Assembly: GCA_014728035.1 (NCBI GenBank)
Contig: WJMJ01000078.1
Location: forward strand, 128,001-192,000
Origin: Promethearchaeota archaeon
GTDB lineage: Archaea > Asgardarchaeota > Thorarchaeia > Thorarchaeales > Thorarchaeaceae
DNA length: 64,000 nt
Direction of reading: 5' to 3'
The translations under genes and the position numbers were made by a program. The notes below the pieces were generated by a model, which saw only the letters and a list, made by a program, of their open reading frames with translations, did not search any database and had not been told where the DNA came from. This document shows, one piece after another, positions 1 to 8,945 of this stretch. Positions within the stretch are counted from its first letter, which is position 1, and each line of letters opens with the position of its first letter.

Positions 1-127
1 TATTCATTGTGCGGTTCAAGGTAGGCATGACTGTCATTTATTTGAAGCAATGTTAAATCTCTACTATCGAACATAGATTGACACTCATTACTAAACTATA
101 GTAAATATGATTAATATATCTGATTGT

Positions 128-913
128 CTAGAACTCTGGGATAGCTGTTAAGATAAGAATCAAAGCATTCAAGGCCAAACCAGTCAGTACGATCCACTTG
201 AATTTTGTTTCATCTATTCGATTATAGAGAAAGATGCCGACTGCTGAACCAATGAAGAGTGCCGGCATGACAACTATTGCCTCCAATATCAAATCAACCG
301 TAATCGCGCCGACAAAGGACAATGAAGCTAATCTATAGGTCATCAGCGTTCCAAAGAATGCTGTAAAGACGGCTTTCGTATGGCTCCCTTCCCATTCTTC
401 GGTTGCTAATAGATATGTTCCATACAATATCATTGGAGGTCCAGGGATTGCCACCGAACCACCTAGGACACCAGCAAAGAAACCAGCCAATATACCTGTT
501 TTCCAACCTAACTTAAGTGAAGATTCTCTCATCCAGCTTTTTCCTACATCTGTCATACGCATCATGATTATGAGTATGACTCCGATGACTAGGGTTATTC
601 CAATTACAATCCTCAGAGCTGTTTCATCAAGTCCTTGAAAGAGAAAGATTCCAGTAGGGAGTCCTAATATTAAACCACTAACGGGAATGAGCCAATCTTT
701 CCAATCGAAGTCTTCACGAACACTCCACCATACTCTGAAGTTTAGTACTATTGCAATGAAAGTAAAAATGATAGATCCTGTAGCTGGGTCTCGAAAGAGT
801 GGAAGAAGCCCCATTGCAACCTGTGCAGCTCCAAAACCCGCTATACCATGAACAAATGCGGATAGAAAAATCACAATCGCAGTAAGGGCTGTAGTGAATA
901 AATCAAGTTGCAT
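128..913 (-). CDS. TauE/SafE (TSUP) family membrane transporter
   Basis: About 8 TM helices; repeated GIAGFG and GVLGGSVAIPGPP motifs typical of the TauE family. Confidence 0.85.
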   Translation of the reverse strand: MQLDLFTTALTAIVIFLSAFVHGIAGFGAAQVAMGLLPLFRDPATGSIIFTFIAIVLNFRVWWSVREDFDWKDWLIPVSGLILGLPTGIFLFQGLDETALRIVIGITLVIGVILIIMMRMTDVGKSWMRESSLKLGWKTGILAGFFAGVLGGSVAIPGPPMILYGTYLLATEEWEGSHTKAVFTAFFGTLMTYRLASLSFVGAITVDLILEAIVVMPALFIGSAVGIFLYNRIDETKFKWIVLTGLALNALILILTAIPEF

Positions 914-1092
914 AATGAATCATATCGTACCGCGTATAATAATCATTGGCACCTCGATTTTGTCGAAACCTTTGGTACTAGCTTTCATACTCTGAAACTT
1001 CGGATAAAGGTTATATTCTCTTTTTGATGACCAAGGTCTAGAATACCACCCTGATTAGTGGTGGTACTATCGCCCTACGGAGCGCGATTACA

Positions 1093-2745
1093 ATGGAAAG
1101 CGAAAAAGTAGACCCAGTCCCAGCAGAACCTATCAAACACACTGATGGTGATAAGGACATATCTCGCTATCATGTTGAAAAACATGAGATGAGGGAATTA
1201 CCTTATGACACCCAATCCATTTGTCCTGAATGTCTGTTGACTGACAATAAAGTACATGTTATAGACGCCACTCTATATGAGGAAGATGGCAAAGTCATGT
1301 ACAAGAAAACTTGCGAAACACATGGAGATTTCAAAGACATTTACTGGGGCGACGTTGATATGTTCAACAAGGCCCAGTCTTGGTGGTACAAGACCGTTGG
1401 ACTTGATAATCCAAGAACCGATACTGTCAAAGGATGTCCAGAAGACTGTGGTCAGTGTCCTGAACACAAATCACACACTGCACTTGCATTGCTCGATGTA
1501 ACCAATCGTTGTAACCTGAGATGTCCTATCTGTTTTGCACATGCCGCTGAATCTGGAACCGTATATGAACCAACTCCAGAAGAAGTATTCGAGATGCTCA
1601 AGAATTTACGAAGTAACCTTCCAGTTCCTGCTCCTGCTATTCAATTTGCAGGCGGAGAACCAACCGTTAGTAAGCATTTACCACAGTACATCAAGTGGGC
1701 AAAAGAGCTTGGTTTCAGACACACCCAGATTGCAAGTAACGCCATTAGAATTGGAAAGAGCCTTGATTATACAAAAGAACTCAGAGAAGCCGGCCTTTCA
1801 ACCATATATATGCAGTTTGATGGAGTAACTCCTGAACCCTATATCGAAGCTCGTGGCAGTAACCTCCTTCCTGTAAAGCAACAAGCAATTGAGAATTGTC
1901 GTGAAGCAGGTCTTGATTCACTAGTTCTTGTTCCTACTGTAGTTCGTGGTGTCAATCATGATCAATTGGGAGATATTGTAGAATTTGCTGTTGAAAACTC
2001 CGATGTCATCCGTTGCGTTAATTTCCAACCAGTTAGTATCACTGGCCGTATCGACTATGAACAACGTCAAGAGATGAGAATCACTATTCCAGACTGTATA
2101 AAACTCATTGAAGAACAGACTGGCGGTAAGATTCCTGCATCTGAGTGGTATCCAGTTCCTGCTATGATGCCTGTTGGTCGTGCACTAGGTCTGATGAAAG
2201 GTACTCCTCAACTCGAACTTAGCTCACACTTCGCTTGTGGAATGTCCACTTTCCTTTACATCAATGATGATGGCTCTTATGAACCCATCACCAATATTAT
2301 TGATGTTGACAAATTCATTGAACTCCTTGAAGATATCGCAAACCTATATGCTGATGGTAAACGTGCAGCCAGCAAACGTGCAAAGGCTAAATTGGCTGCT
2401 GGTGTCCGGCATATCAAGAGAAAGGGCCTCATCAAGGACCTCATTGGCGCATTTCTCGACCGCGGTGACTACGATTCTCTGTCCAAATTTATGGAACGAG
2501 TCATAATGGTAGGCATGATGCATTTCCAAGACGCATATAATTTTGATCTTGAGCGAGTCCAACACTGCGACATCAATTATTCACTTCCCGACGGCAGAAT
2601 CATTCCGTTCTGTACTATGAATACTATTCATCGTGCCAGAGCAGAAGAGCAGTTCAGCATTCCAATAGAAGAATGGAGAGAACGTCGGAAACCAGACAAG
2701 GTCGAAGAGGAATCTATAAGCAAACCTTTTGTTGCTGAGGATTAG
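1093..2745 (+). CDS. tes: Tetraether lipid synthase (Tes / GDGT-MAS) radical SAM enzyme
   Basis: N-terminal TQSICPEC...KTCETHG, GCPEDCGQCPEH, radical SAM CNLRCPIC, C-terminal MHFQDAYNFDLERVQHC...IIPFC, matching the MJ0619/Tes family. Confidence 0.9.
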   Translation: MESEKVDPVPAEPIKHTDGDKDISRYHVEKHEMRELPYDTQSICPECLLTDNKVHVIDATLYEEDGKVMYKKTCETHGDFKDIYWGDVDMFNKAQSWWYKTVGLDNPRTDTVKGCPEDCGQCPEHKSHTALALLDVTNRCNLRCPICFAHAAESGTVYEPTPEEVFEMLKNLRSNLPVPAPAIQFAGGEPTVSKHLPQYIKWAKELGFRHTQIASNAIRIGKSLDYTKELREAGLSTIYMQFDGVTPEPYIEARGSNLLPVKQQAIENCREAGLDSLVLVPTVVRGVNHDQLGDIVEFAVENSDVIRCVNFQPVSITGRIDYEQRQEMRITIPDCIKLIEEQTGGKIPASEWYPVPAMMPVGRALGLMKGTPQLELSSHFACGMSTFLYINDDGSYEPITNIIDVDKFIELLEDIANLYADGKRAASKRAKAKLAAGVRHIKRKGLIKDLIGAFLDRGDYDSLSKFMERVIMVGMMHFQDAYNFDLERVQHCDINYSLPDGRIIPFCTMNTIHRARAEEQFSIPIEEWRERRKPDKVEEESISKPFVAED

Positions 2746-2752
2746 TTGTTTT

Positions 2753-2771
2753 GAGGATGCCTTGCATCCTC
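2753..2771 (+). terminator. Hairpin followed by pyrimidine tract downstream of tes
   Basis: GAGGATGC-CTT-GCATCCTC perfect 8-bp stem, then TCTTCTTCTTTCTT. Confidence 0.55.
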
Positions 2772-2895
2772 TCTTCTTCTTTCTTATCAAGAGGTACTTG
2801 ATACTTCCCAAGTATCTACTTTCAACCACCAGCTACCTCGCTTTTTTTCCATTAATGACCGAAATAATTAAAAGAATTAAATCCAAGTAACATAC

Positions 2896-2934
2896 AGTCA
2901 CATCGTGACTAAATTGAGCGGTATCCTATAAATA
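2896..2934 (+). promoter_or_regulatory. Palindromic operator-like site and TATA box
   Basis: AGTCAC-ATC-GTGACT (2896-2910) and TATAAATA (2927-2934). Confidence 0.4.
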
Positions 2935-2947
2935 AATGCATAAGCAA

Positions 2948-3028
2948 GGCGGGTTCATGGCTAGTTTTTCGTTACATGCCCTCAATTACGAAACTCCCCC
3001 CTCCTACCACGATTTCCATGAGCCTGCC
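2948..3028 (+). ncRNA. Candidate structured RNA or leader upstream of the phzF-like gene
   Basis: GGCGGGTTCATGG (2948-2960) pairs with CCATGAGCCTGCC (3016-3028) in a 13-bp stem with two G-U pairs, valid only on the + strand. Confidence 0.35.
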
Positions 3029-3103
3029 ACCTTCTTCTCCAGCCTCTTTTTGATGAAATGAGACCTTAATAGGAAGAATGAGTGTGTGTTCAGGTTGGTA
3101 AAA

Positions 3104-4018
3104 ATGAGAGGTCAAAGAGAGCTGAGAGTCATGCACTTGGATGCATTCACCGATACACCATTTGGCGGTAATCCAGCAACGGTCGTATTGGATGCAGAAC
3201 ATATCTCAAAGGAAACACTGCAGAAGATAGCAAGAGAATTAAATGTACGAGAAACGGTGTTTGTGTCACGGTCGCGTAGTGCAGATTTCAAGTTCCGTTA
3301 TATGACACCAACAAGAGAATTGGGATTTTCAGGTCACCCAACTATTGCTGGCTTTCGTGCATTGATTGAAGAGGGATTGGTTGAGGTTGTGCAGGATATA
3401 AATCAGTTTACTTTAGAAACATCAAATGGAATCTTAGATATTGAAATAGTACGAAATGATACAACTGGCAATCACGAAATTCAGATATATCATCAGGCCC
3501 CAGTTTTTTTGCAGACATATGATCCAAAAGATTACGCTGAAGCTTTAGGTCTCACATTAGCTGATTTCTCATCCATAAATCCAATTCAGACTGTGAGTAC
3601 GGGAACACCCCATCTAATGATTCCTGTATCCACTCAACGAGCATTGGAAAATATTCGACCGGATTGGATAAAATTGCAGGAACTTGGTGAAGACGCAGAT
3701 TATGTTTCGCTTCAGGTTTTTACTGATGAGGTACGAGATGTTACATCTGATTTTCAAGCCCGTCATTTTGCCCCGCAACTAGGAGTTGATGAGGATCCTG
3801 TAAGTGGGTCTGGTGCTGGTGCTATGGCGGGATATATTCTTAGATATGGTTTGATGGATATATCAGTGCCAGTGACAAGTATTGTTGTTGAGCAAGGCCA
3901 CTATGTTGGTAGACCTGGAAGAGTTTTCGTAGAGGTAACAGGAGAACAGAACAAGATATCTCAGATCCGAGTTGGGGGAACAGCTGTAATCATCTTTCAA
4001 GGCAAACTCTTTGTTTAA
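3104..4018 (+). CDS. PhzF family epimerase/isomerase
   Basis: DAFTDTPFGGNPA, ETVF, GHPT, ARHFAP..GVDEDPVSGSG, EQGH..GRPG. Confidence 0.9.
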   Translation: MRGQRELRVMHLDAFTDTPFGGNPATVVLDAEHISKETLQKIARELNVRETVFVSRSRSADFKFRYMTPTRELGFSGHPTIAGFRALIEEGLVEVVQDINQFTLETSNGILDIEIVRNDTTGNHEIQIYHQAPVFLQTYDPKDYAEALGLTLADFSSINPIQTVSTGTPHLMIPVSTQRALENIRPDWIKLQELGEDADYVSLQVFTDEVRDVTSDFQARHFAPQLGVDEDPVSGSGAGAMAGYILRYGLMDISVPVTSIVVEQGHYVGRPGRVFVEVTGEQNKISQIRVGGTAVIIFQGKLFV

Positions 4019-4076
4019 ACTGCTTTAGCGAATAACTTTATCTCGCAACGGACTGCATGAAAAGCAGTGACATCTC

Positions 4077-5462
4077 ATGTTAGAAAAGATGGGACAAGTT
4101 ATAGAAGAATTTTCAAAACAGTCTGTATTTGCAGATATCCGTCATGAGGTTCTTACAAGATCCAGAATGTTTGTTCAAAATGGGCGTCTAAGAGGATTCA
4201 CTCAACCCTCCTCTACCGGCACAGTTGCACGAGTTCTTATTGGTGAGTGTTGGGGGCAGGCATCTATGACACGGGAAGTGACAAAAGAGCGCCTTAAGGA
4301 ATTACTAGAGACTGCCATGAAAATGGCAAAGGTTGGATCAAAACATACCCGAAAAGAAATTGACCTTTCTAGTGTTAAGCCAATTGAAGAAACAGTCTGG
4401 CAGAGGGTCAAGGAAGATCCACTCTCAGTAAGCTCTGAGGAAAAATTAGAACTTGTAATGGAATTGGATGAAGCTCAAAAAGTCGATGACAAAGTTGTCA
4501 ATACTAACAGTGTGTACCAAGACAGTAAAAGAGTATATCATCTAGTTAATACAGCAGGATCACGTCTTGCATGGGATGAGATACGGACATCAGTAGTAGT
4601 CCAACCTGTTGTTAGGGATGAATCACAAGTCCATTATGATTATGATGTGAAATCCGGCTCAGCTGGATACGAAGTTATTCGGGAAATTGATCCAGTGGAA
4701 TTTGGTGGGACCTGTGCACATTCAGCTCTAAAACTACTATCTGCAGAAAAGCCACCATCGGGCAAGATGAAGGTCATAATGGATGGAGATGTTTCAGGAT
4801 TAATAGCTCACGAAGTGTGTGGACATGCAAGTGAAGCTGATGAAGTTGTAAAAGAGCGTTCATTCCTCACTGGAATGGTTGGTAAGAAGATTGCTACAGA
4901 TATGGTAACAATGATTGATGATGGCACTCTAGAAGGACCACAAGGAAGGATACCTTTTGACTGTGAAGGCACACCTTCATCACGTACAACCATAATTGAG
5001 AATGGTGTGTTTTCAGGGTATATGCACACATTGGAATCAGCAATCCTTATGGGTGTGAATCCTACTGGAAATGGACGCGCTCAGGATTACAATAGACGAA
5101 TCTTTGCAAGAATGACAAATACCTTCTTTGACAAAGGAGACTGGAAGAACGAAGAGATTATTGAAGATACAAAGGATGGACTCTATGTAATTCGAGCAAC
5201 ATCAGGGATGGAAGATGTAGTTGGTGGAGGTGTTCAAGCAAGTGCATTGAAAGGCTACATAATCAAAAATGGAGAGTTGACCCAACTAGTTCGAAGTATG
5301 TCTTTAGCTGGCAAAGTATTGGATATTCTACAAAGTGTTGATGCTGTTGGTGATATCTTAGAATTCTCAGGTGGAACCTGTGGAAAAGGTGAAGAAGACT
5401 GGGTTTCAGTATCCAGCGGAGGTCCGCATATGCGTGCTGAAATAATCGTTGGAGGTGGTTAA
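4077..5462 (+). CDS. tldD: TldD metalloprotease subunit (pair 1)
   Basis: HEVCGHASEAD zinc motif, RMTNTF, C-terminal GTCGKG...VSSGGPH. Confidence 0.9.
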   Translation: MLEKMGQVIEEFSKQSVFADIRHEVLTRSRMFVQNGRLRGFTQPSSTGTVARVLIGECWGQASMTREVTKERLKELLETAMKMAKVGSKHTRKEIDLSSVKPIEETVWQRVKEDPLSVSSEEKLELVMELDEAQKVDDKVVNTNSVYQDSKRVYHLVNTAGSRLAWDEIRTSVVVQPVVRDESQVHYDYDVKSGSAGYEVIREIDPVEFGGTCAHSALKLLSAEKPPSGKMKVIMDGDVSGLIAHEVCGHASEADEVVKERSFLTGMVGKKIATDMVTMIDDGTLEGPQGRIPFDCEGTPSSRTTIIENGVFSGYMHTLESAILMGVNPTGNGRAQDYNRRIFARMTNTFFDKGDWKNEEIIEDTKDGLYVIRATSGMEDVVGGGVQASALKGYIIKNGELTQLVRSMSLAGKVLDILQSVDAVGDILEFSGGTCGKGEEDWVSVSSGGPHMRAEIIVGGG

Positions 5463-5464
5463 GA

Positions 5465-6826
5465 ATGGACCTTTATGAAATTGCAAGTGGTGTAGTCAAA
5501 AAAGCAGAGGAAGCACAAGCCAGTCAAGCTGAAGCTTTTACAGTCAGGGCAAAGACAGTAAGTATCTATATCGATGATAGCATTCCTAAGGTGTTGGATA
5601 ATAAAGTTGAGTCTGGTGTAGGTCTCAAATTTATCATTGATAAAAAATTAGGATTTACTTGCTCAACATTAGTTTCTGAATCCATCGACTCGCTTGTTGA
5701 AAGGGCTAAATCCATGGCTAAGATTAGCACGGAAGATGAAAAATTCACTTCACTTCCAACTCCCAAGAAAGTATCTGGTAAGCGAGACAAGTTCAGCGAC
5801 AAACCAACAGCTAAGGCAGATGTTGATACTCTTGTCGAGAAATCAATGCAACTTGTGGATGCAGCGGTTTCAGATTTTGTAAGTGTGCCTAATGGTGTTC
5901 TCAGAGCAAGTGTACTGGAAACCTCAGTCTGTAATTCACTGGGTGTGTCCGAAGGATCTGAATCAACTTTGGTATTCGGATTCTTTACTGCAAAATCTCA
6001 AGATGGAAACAAAGTCGGAGAGGGAGTTCAACGATGTTGGTCTAGAAGTCTCTTTGACATAGATTTTGAGATGATTGGCAAGAAGCTCAATTCTCAAGCG
6101 ATGGATGTTCTGAAGTCAGAGCCTTTAGATACAAAATTACAGGATATTGTTGCGGTTCTAGCACCTAGCGAAGCTTCAGAGATGATCTATAGTCTTATTG
6201 GCACGGCAGCATCAGCAAATCAAGTAAATGCAGGTTCAAGTCCTTGGAAAGATCGGATTGGTGATATAGTCGCACATGATAGTTTCAACATTACCGATAA
6301 CGGATTGTCAGAAAGAGGTCTGATGAGTGGCAGCATAGATGATGAAGGAATGCCTAGACAAAAAACGCATCTCATTTCAAAAGGAGTGCTAAAGTCATAT
6401 TTCTATGACTCGTATAACGCATACCAGCTTGACATGGAGCCAACTGGCAACCTTACAAGACACAATGCACGTGATGCACATGGCGCATTTCGTTTTTCAG
6501 GTTCATGCAGTGTGAGCAATCTTGAGATCCGTGGAAGTTCAAAATCTGTTGAAGACTTGATATCTGAAATTGACAAGGGTATTTTCATTGAGCACTTTGC
6601 TTGGCCACAAGTCAATCCAATGACAGGAAGTTTCTCCAATGAGATCCGAAATGCTCAACTCATTGAAAATGGTGAGCGCACAAAGAAAGTGAAGCATGCG
6701 CTGTTTATTGGAAATTTATACGAATGTCTGAAAAAAGAGATACTTACAGCAAACGATATTCAGGTTCAGAATCGATGCGTACTTCCTACAATTGGCTTTC
6801 TTGGCACAGAAGTTATTGGACAATAG
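5465..6826 (+). CDS. pmbA: PmbA/TldE non-catalytic subunit (pair 1)
   Basis: TldD/PmbA fold motifs (DDEG, NPMTGSFS), no HExxxH, directly follows tldD. Confidence 0.85.
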   Translation: MDLYEIASGVVKKAEEAQASQAEAFTVRAKTVSIYIDDSIPKVLDNKVESGVGLKFIIDKKLGFTCSTLVSESIDSLVERAKSMAKISTEDEKFTSLPTPKKVSGKRDKFSDKPTAKADVDTLVEKSMQLVDAAVSDFVSVPNGVLRASVLETSVCNSLGVSEGSESTLVFGFFTAKSQDGNKVGEGVQRCWSRSLFDIDFEMIGKKLNSQAMDVLKSEPLDTKLQDIVAVLAPSEASEMIYSLIGTAASANQVNAGSSPWKDRIGDIVAHDSFNITDNGLSERGLMSGSIDDEGMPRQKTHLISKGVLKSYFYDSYNAYQLDMEPTGNLTRHNARDAHGAFRFSGSCSVSNLEIRGSSKSVEDLISEIDKGIFIEHFAWPQVNPMTGSFSNEIRNAQLIENGERTKKVKHALFIGNLYECLKKEILTANDIQVQNRCVLPTIGFLGTEVIGQ

Positions 6827-6832
6827 AAAATC

Positions 6833-6859
6833 AATGATGTGTAAAATCTACACATCATT
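6833..6859 (+). terminator. Hairpin plus T tract after pmbA
   Basis: AATGATGTGTA-AAATC-TACACATCATT perfect 11-bp stem, then CTATTATTTTT. Confidence 0.55.
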
Positions 6860-6973
6860 CTATTATTTTTGAAACACATTCGTTATTTCATGAAATTGAT
6901 TTCGACAAATTCACAAACTCTAAAAAGGAGCTGGAATCTTTCGATTTGTTAACATCTAGCAGAGGGAGCTCCT

Positions 6974-8056
6974 GTGACAGATTTTGAAGATGTTTGGACA
7001 AGAGAAGCAAAATTCGTCAATATGGCATTGAATGAATTTTTGGATATGAAAATTGAGCAGGTAAGGAAATTAAGTAAAATACATGTTCAATACTATGAAA
7101 ATGTAAAAGAATACATAATGCGAGGTGGAAAACGGCTTCGTCCGGTACTAGTAGCTACTGGGTACAAGGCAATCCAAAAACGTTTAACAGAGAAACATCT
7201 GTACAGAGCAGCTTGCTCTGTTGAAATTCTCCACAATGGATCACTTCTTCATGATGATTTAATTGACCATGACGAAACAAGACGTGGCGGACCTACAGTG
7301 CATGCACTATATCGAGAGTGGCACAAAAAAGAGATTGACGATGACGAAAAACGTGCTGCAGACTTTGGTATGACCATGGCCATTCTTGGAGGCGATTCGC
7401 TGATCAATCTTGGTGCACAGGCGATAAGTGAATCACACATGGATCCGAAAATAACTGTGAAATGTCTGAAGTTATATGAAGATGCGTTTCAGGACCTTGT
7501 TGACGGAGTTTTACTTGAAATGATGATGGTTTATGAGGAGAATCCCACTCCTGAAACCTATCTTGAAATGATTCGCATGAAGACTGCAGTCCTATTTGAA
7601 AAATCCTTATTGATAGGTGCAGCAATTGCTGAAGCTTCTGATTCACAACTCTCTTCACTTAGTGAGTTTGGGATAAAAGTTGGTCAAGCATTCCAGATTC
7701 AGGATGACATATTGGGTACATTTGGTGATGAAGAAGTTACAGGGAAGCCAGCAGACGGCGATATTAGAGAGGGCAAAAAGACCATGCTTGTGCTTGAAGC
7801 ATATCGTAGAAGTTCTGTCGAACAAAAAGCAGTACTCGACAAACTGCTGGGTAACCCAGATATGTCCGATAAAGATGTCGATAAAGTTCGTACGGTATTC
7901 AAGGAATCTGGAGCTTTGGAAGCAGCAAAAGAAAAAATGGATTCACTTCTAGAACAAGGTCAGAAAGCTCTCGATAAAGCAAACCCACCTCTCCGTCCAA
8001 AGTCTAAGGACTTCTTATTGACACTGTCTAACTTTCTAGTCCAACGAACATATTGA
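6974..8056 (+). CDS. Geranylgeranyl diphosphate (polyprenyl) synthase
   Basis: GGKRLRP, first Asp-rich motif HDDLID..RRG, KTA, second motif FQIQDDILG, GDIREGKKT. Confidence 0.9.
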   Translation: MTDFEDVWTREAKFVNMALNEFLDMKIEQVRKLSKIHVQYYENVKEYIMRGGKRLRPVLVATGYKAIQKRLTEKHLYRAACSVEILHNGSLLHDDLIDHDETRRGGPTVHALYREWHKKEIDDDEKRAADFGMTMAILGGDSLINLGAQAISESHMDPKITVKCLKLYEDAFQDLVDGVLLEMMMVYEENPTPETYLEMIRMKTAVLFEKSLLIGAAIAEASDSQLSSLSEFGIKVGQAFQIQDDILGTFGDEEVTGKPADGDIREGKKTMLVLEAYRRSSVEQKAVLDKLLGNPDMSDKDVDKVRTVFKESGALEAAKEKMDSLLEQGQKALDKANPPLRPKSKDFLLTLSNFLVQRTY

Positions 8057-8070
8057 GATGTTTTCGTTTC

Positions 8071-8106
8071 AAGCGAAGTTGAAATAGAAATGATTCGACT
8101 TCGCTT
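8071..8106 (+). terminator. 3' hairpin after the prenyl synthase gene
   Basis: AAGCGAAGTTGAA / TTCGACTTCGCTT, 13-bp stem with one G-U pair on the + strand. Confidence 0.5.
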
Positions 8107-8209
8107 CACATATCAACTAGAGTTCGTTCTACCTATTATTATTGAATGTAGTTTGAAAAAATCTGTTTGTTGATATATACATCAGGTTCAGTAAATGGAA
8201 TACCAACAC

Positions 8210-8839
8210 TCAAAGACTACATTCTAAATACCTGAGTGCGGGTAAGAGAATATCAGTCCCTTTTGCCTTAAGAAGAGCTTTGAAACTTTTATACAGTGTT
8301 GGTAGCATGTTTTCAACATACTGATAGAATGACTCTTCAGACCTGCTGAGGGCTCTACGCATATTCTGGACGTGCTCCGAAGCAAGAGCTTTAAGTTGAG
8401 CGTTTCTTGCACCTTCCTGTCGAAGTTTTGCTTCAATTGTTCTAAGCATATCTTCTGCGAGCGTCTTTGATTCCGTTACTACTTTTTCTTTTGATGCTTG
8501 TATTTGTCGATATGAATCAATACTTCTACTCGTTTCTATTCTCTTACCTTCAGATTCATCAAAGATTTGATCTTCGACAACTAGTTTCCGCCAAGATCTC
8601 TTCCCTTGAAAGTCCAAAGGGCTAATATATCCTTTAGAATGCATCTTTCTTAGAAATGCCCTGAATATTTCAGGAGTAATAACCGAATGTGCACCTGCTA
8701 CTATGAGAAATTTGTGAAATAATACTGGTTCAAATTCGATAACGGAGTATCCAAAAGAACGAATTATAGCTCTTTCTATTTCTTGCTCGCTTCTGTCCAT
8801 GACATCGGTCAATACTGCAGGACCCCTAGGCAGTGGCAC
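8210..8839 (-). CDS. Hypothetical protein (possible N-terminal winged helix)
   Basis: 209-aa ORF filling the gap between genes; no recognisable family motif. Confidence 0.6.
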   Translation of the reverse strand: MPLPRGPAVLTDVMDRSEQEIERAIIRSFGYSVIEFEPVLFHKFLIVAGAHSVITPEIFRAFLRKMHSKGYISPLDFQGKRSWRKLVVEDQIFDESEGKRIETSRSIDSYRQIQASKEKVVTESKTLAEDMLRTIEAKLRQEGARNAQLKALASEHVQNMRRALSRSEESFYQYVENMLPTLYKSFKALLKAKGTDILLPALRYLECSL

Positions 8840-8945
8840 TAAATAGTAGGAAGAATTTGCATATGAATCTACGCAGAATGCTCGAAAATATCATAATATA
8901 ATATATAATATTATAACACAGCTCCAAAATATTAGTTGGTTTTGA

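Noticed and set aside
2948-3028. SECIS element or SRP RNA
   Set aside because: No AUGA/GA core geometry, no in-frame TGA in tes or phzF, and too short with no SRP helix 8 motif
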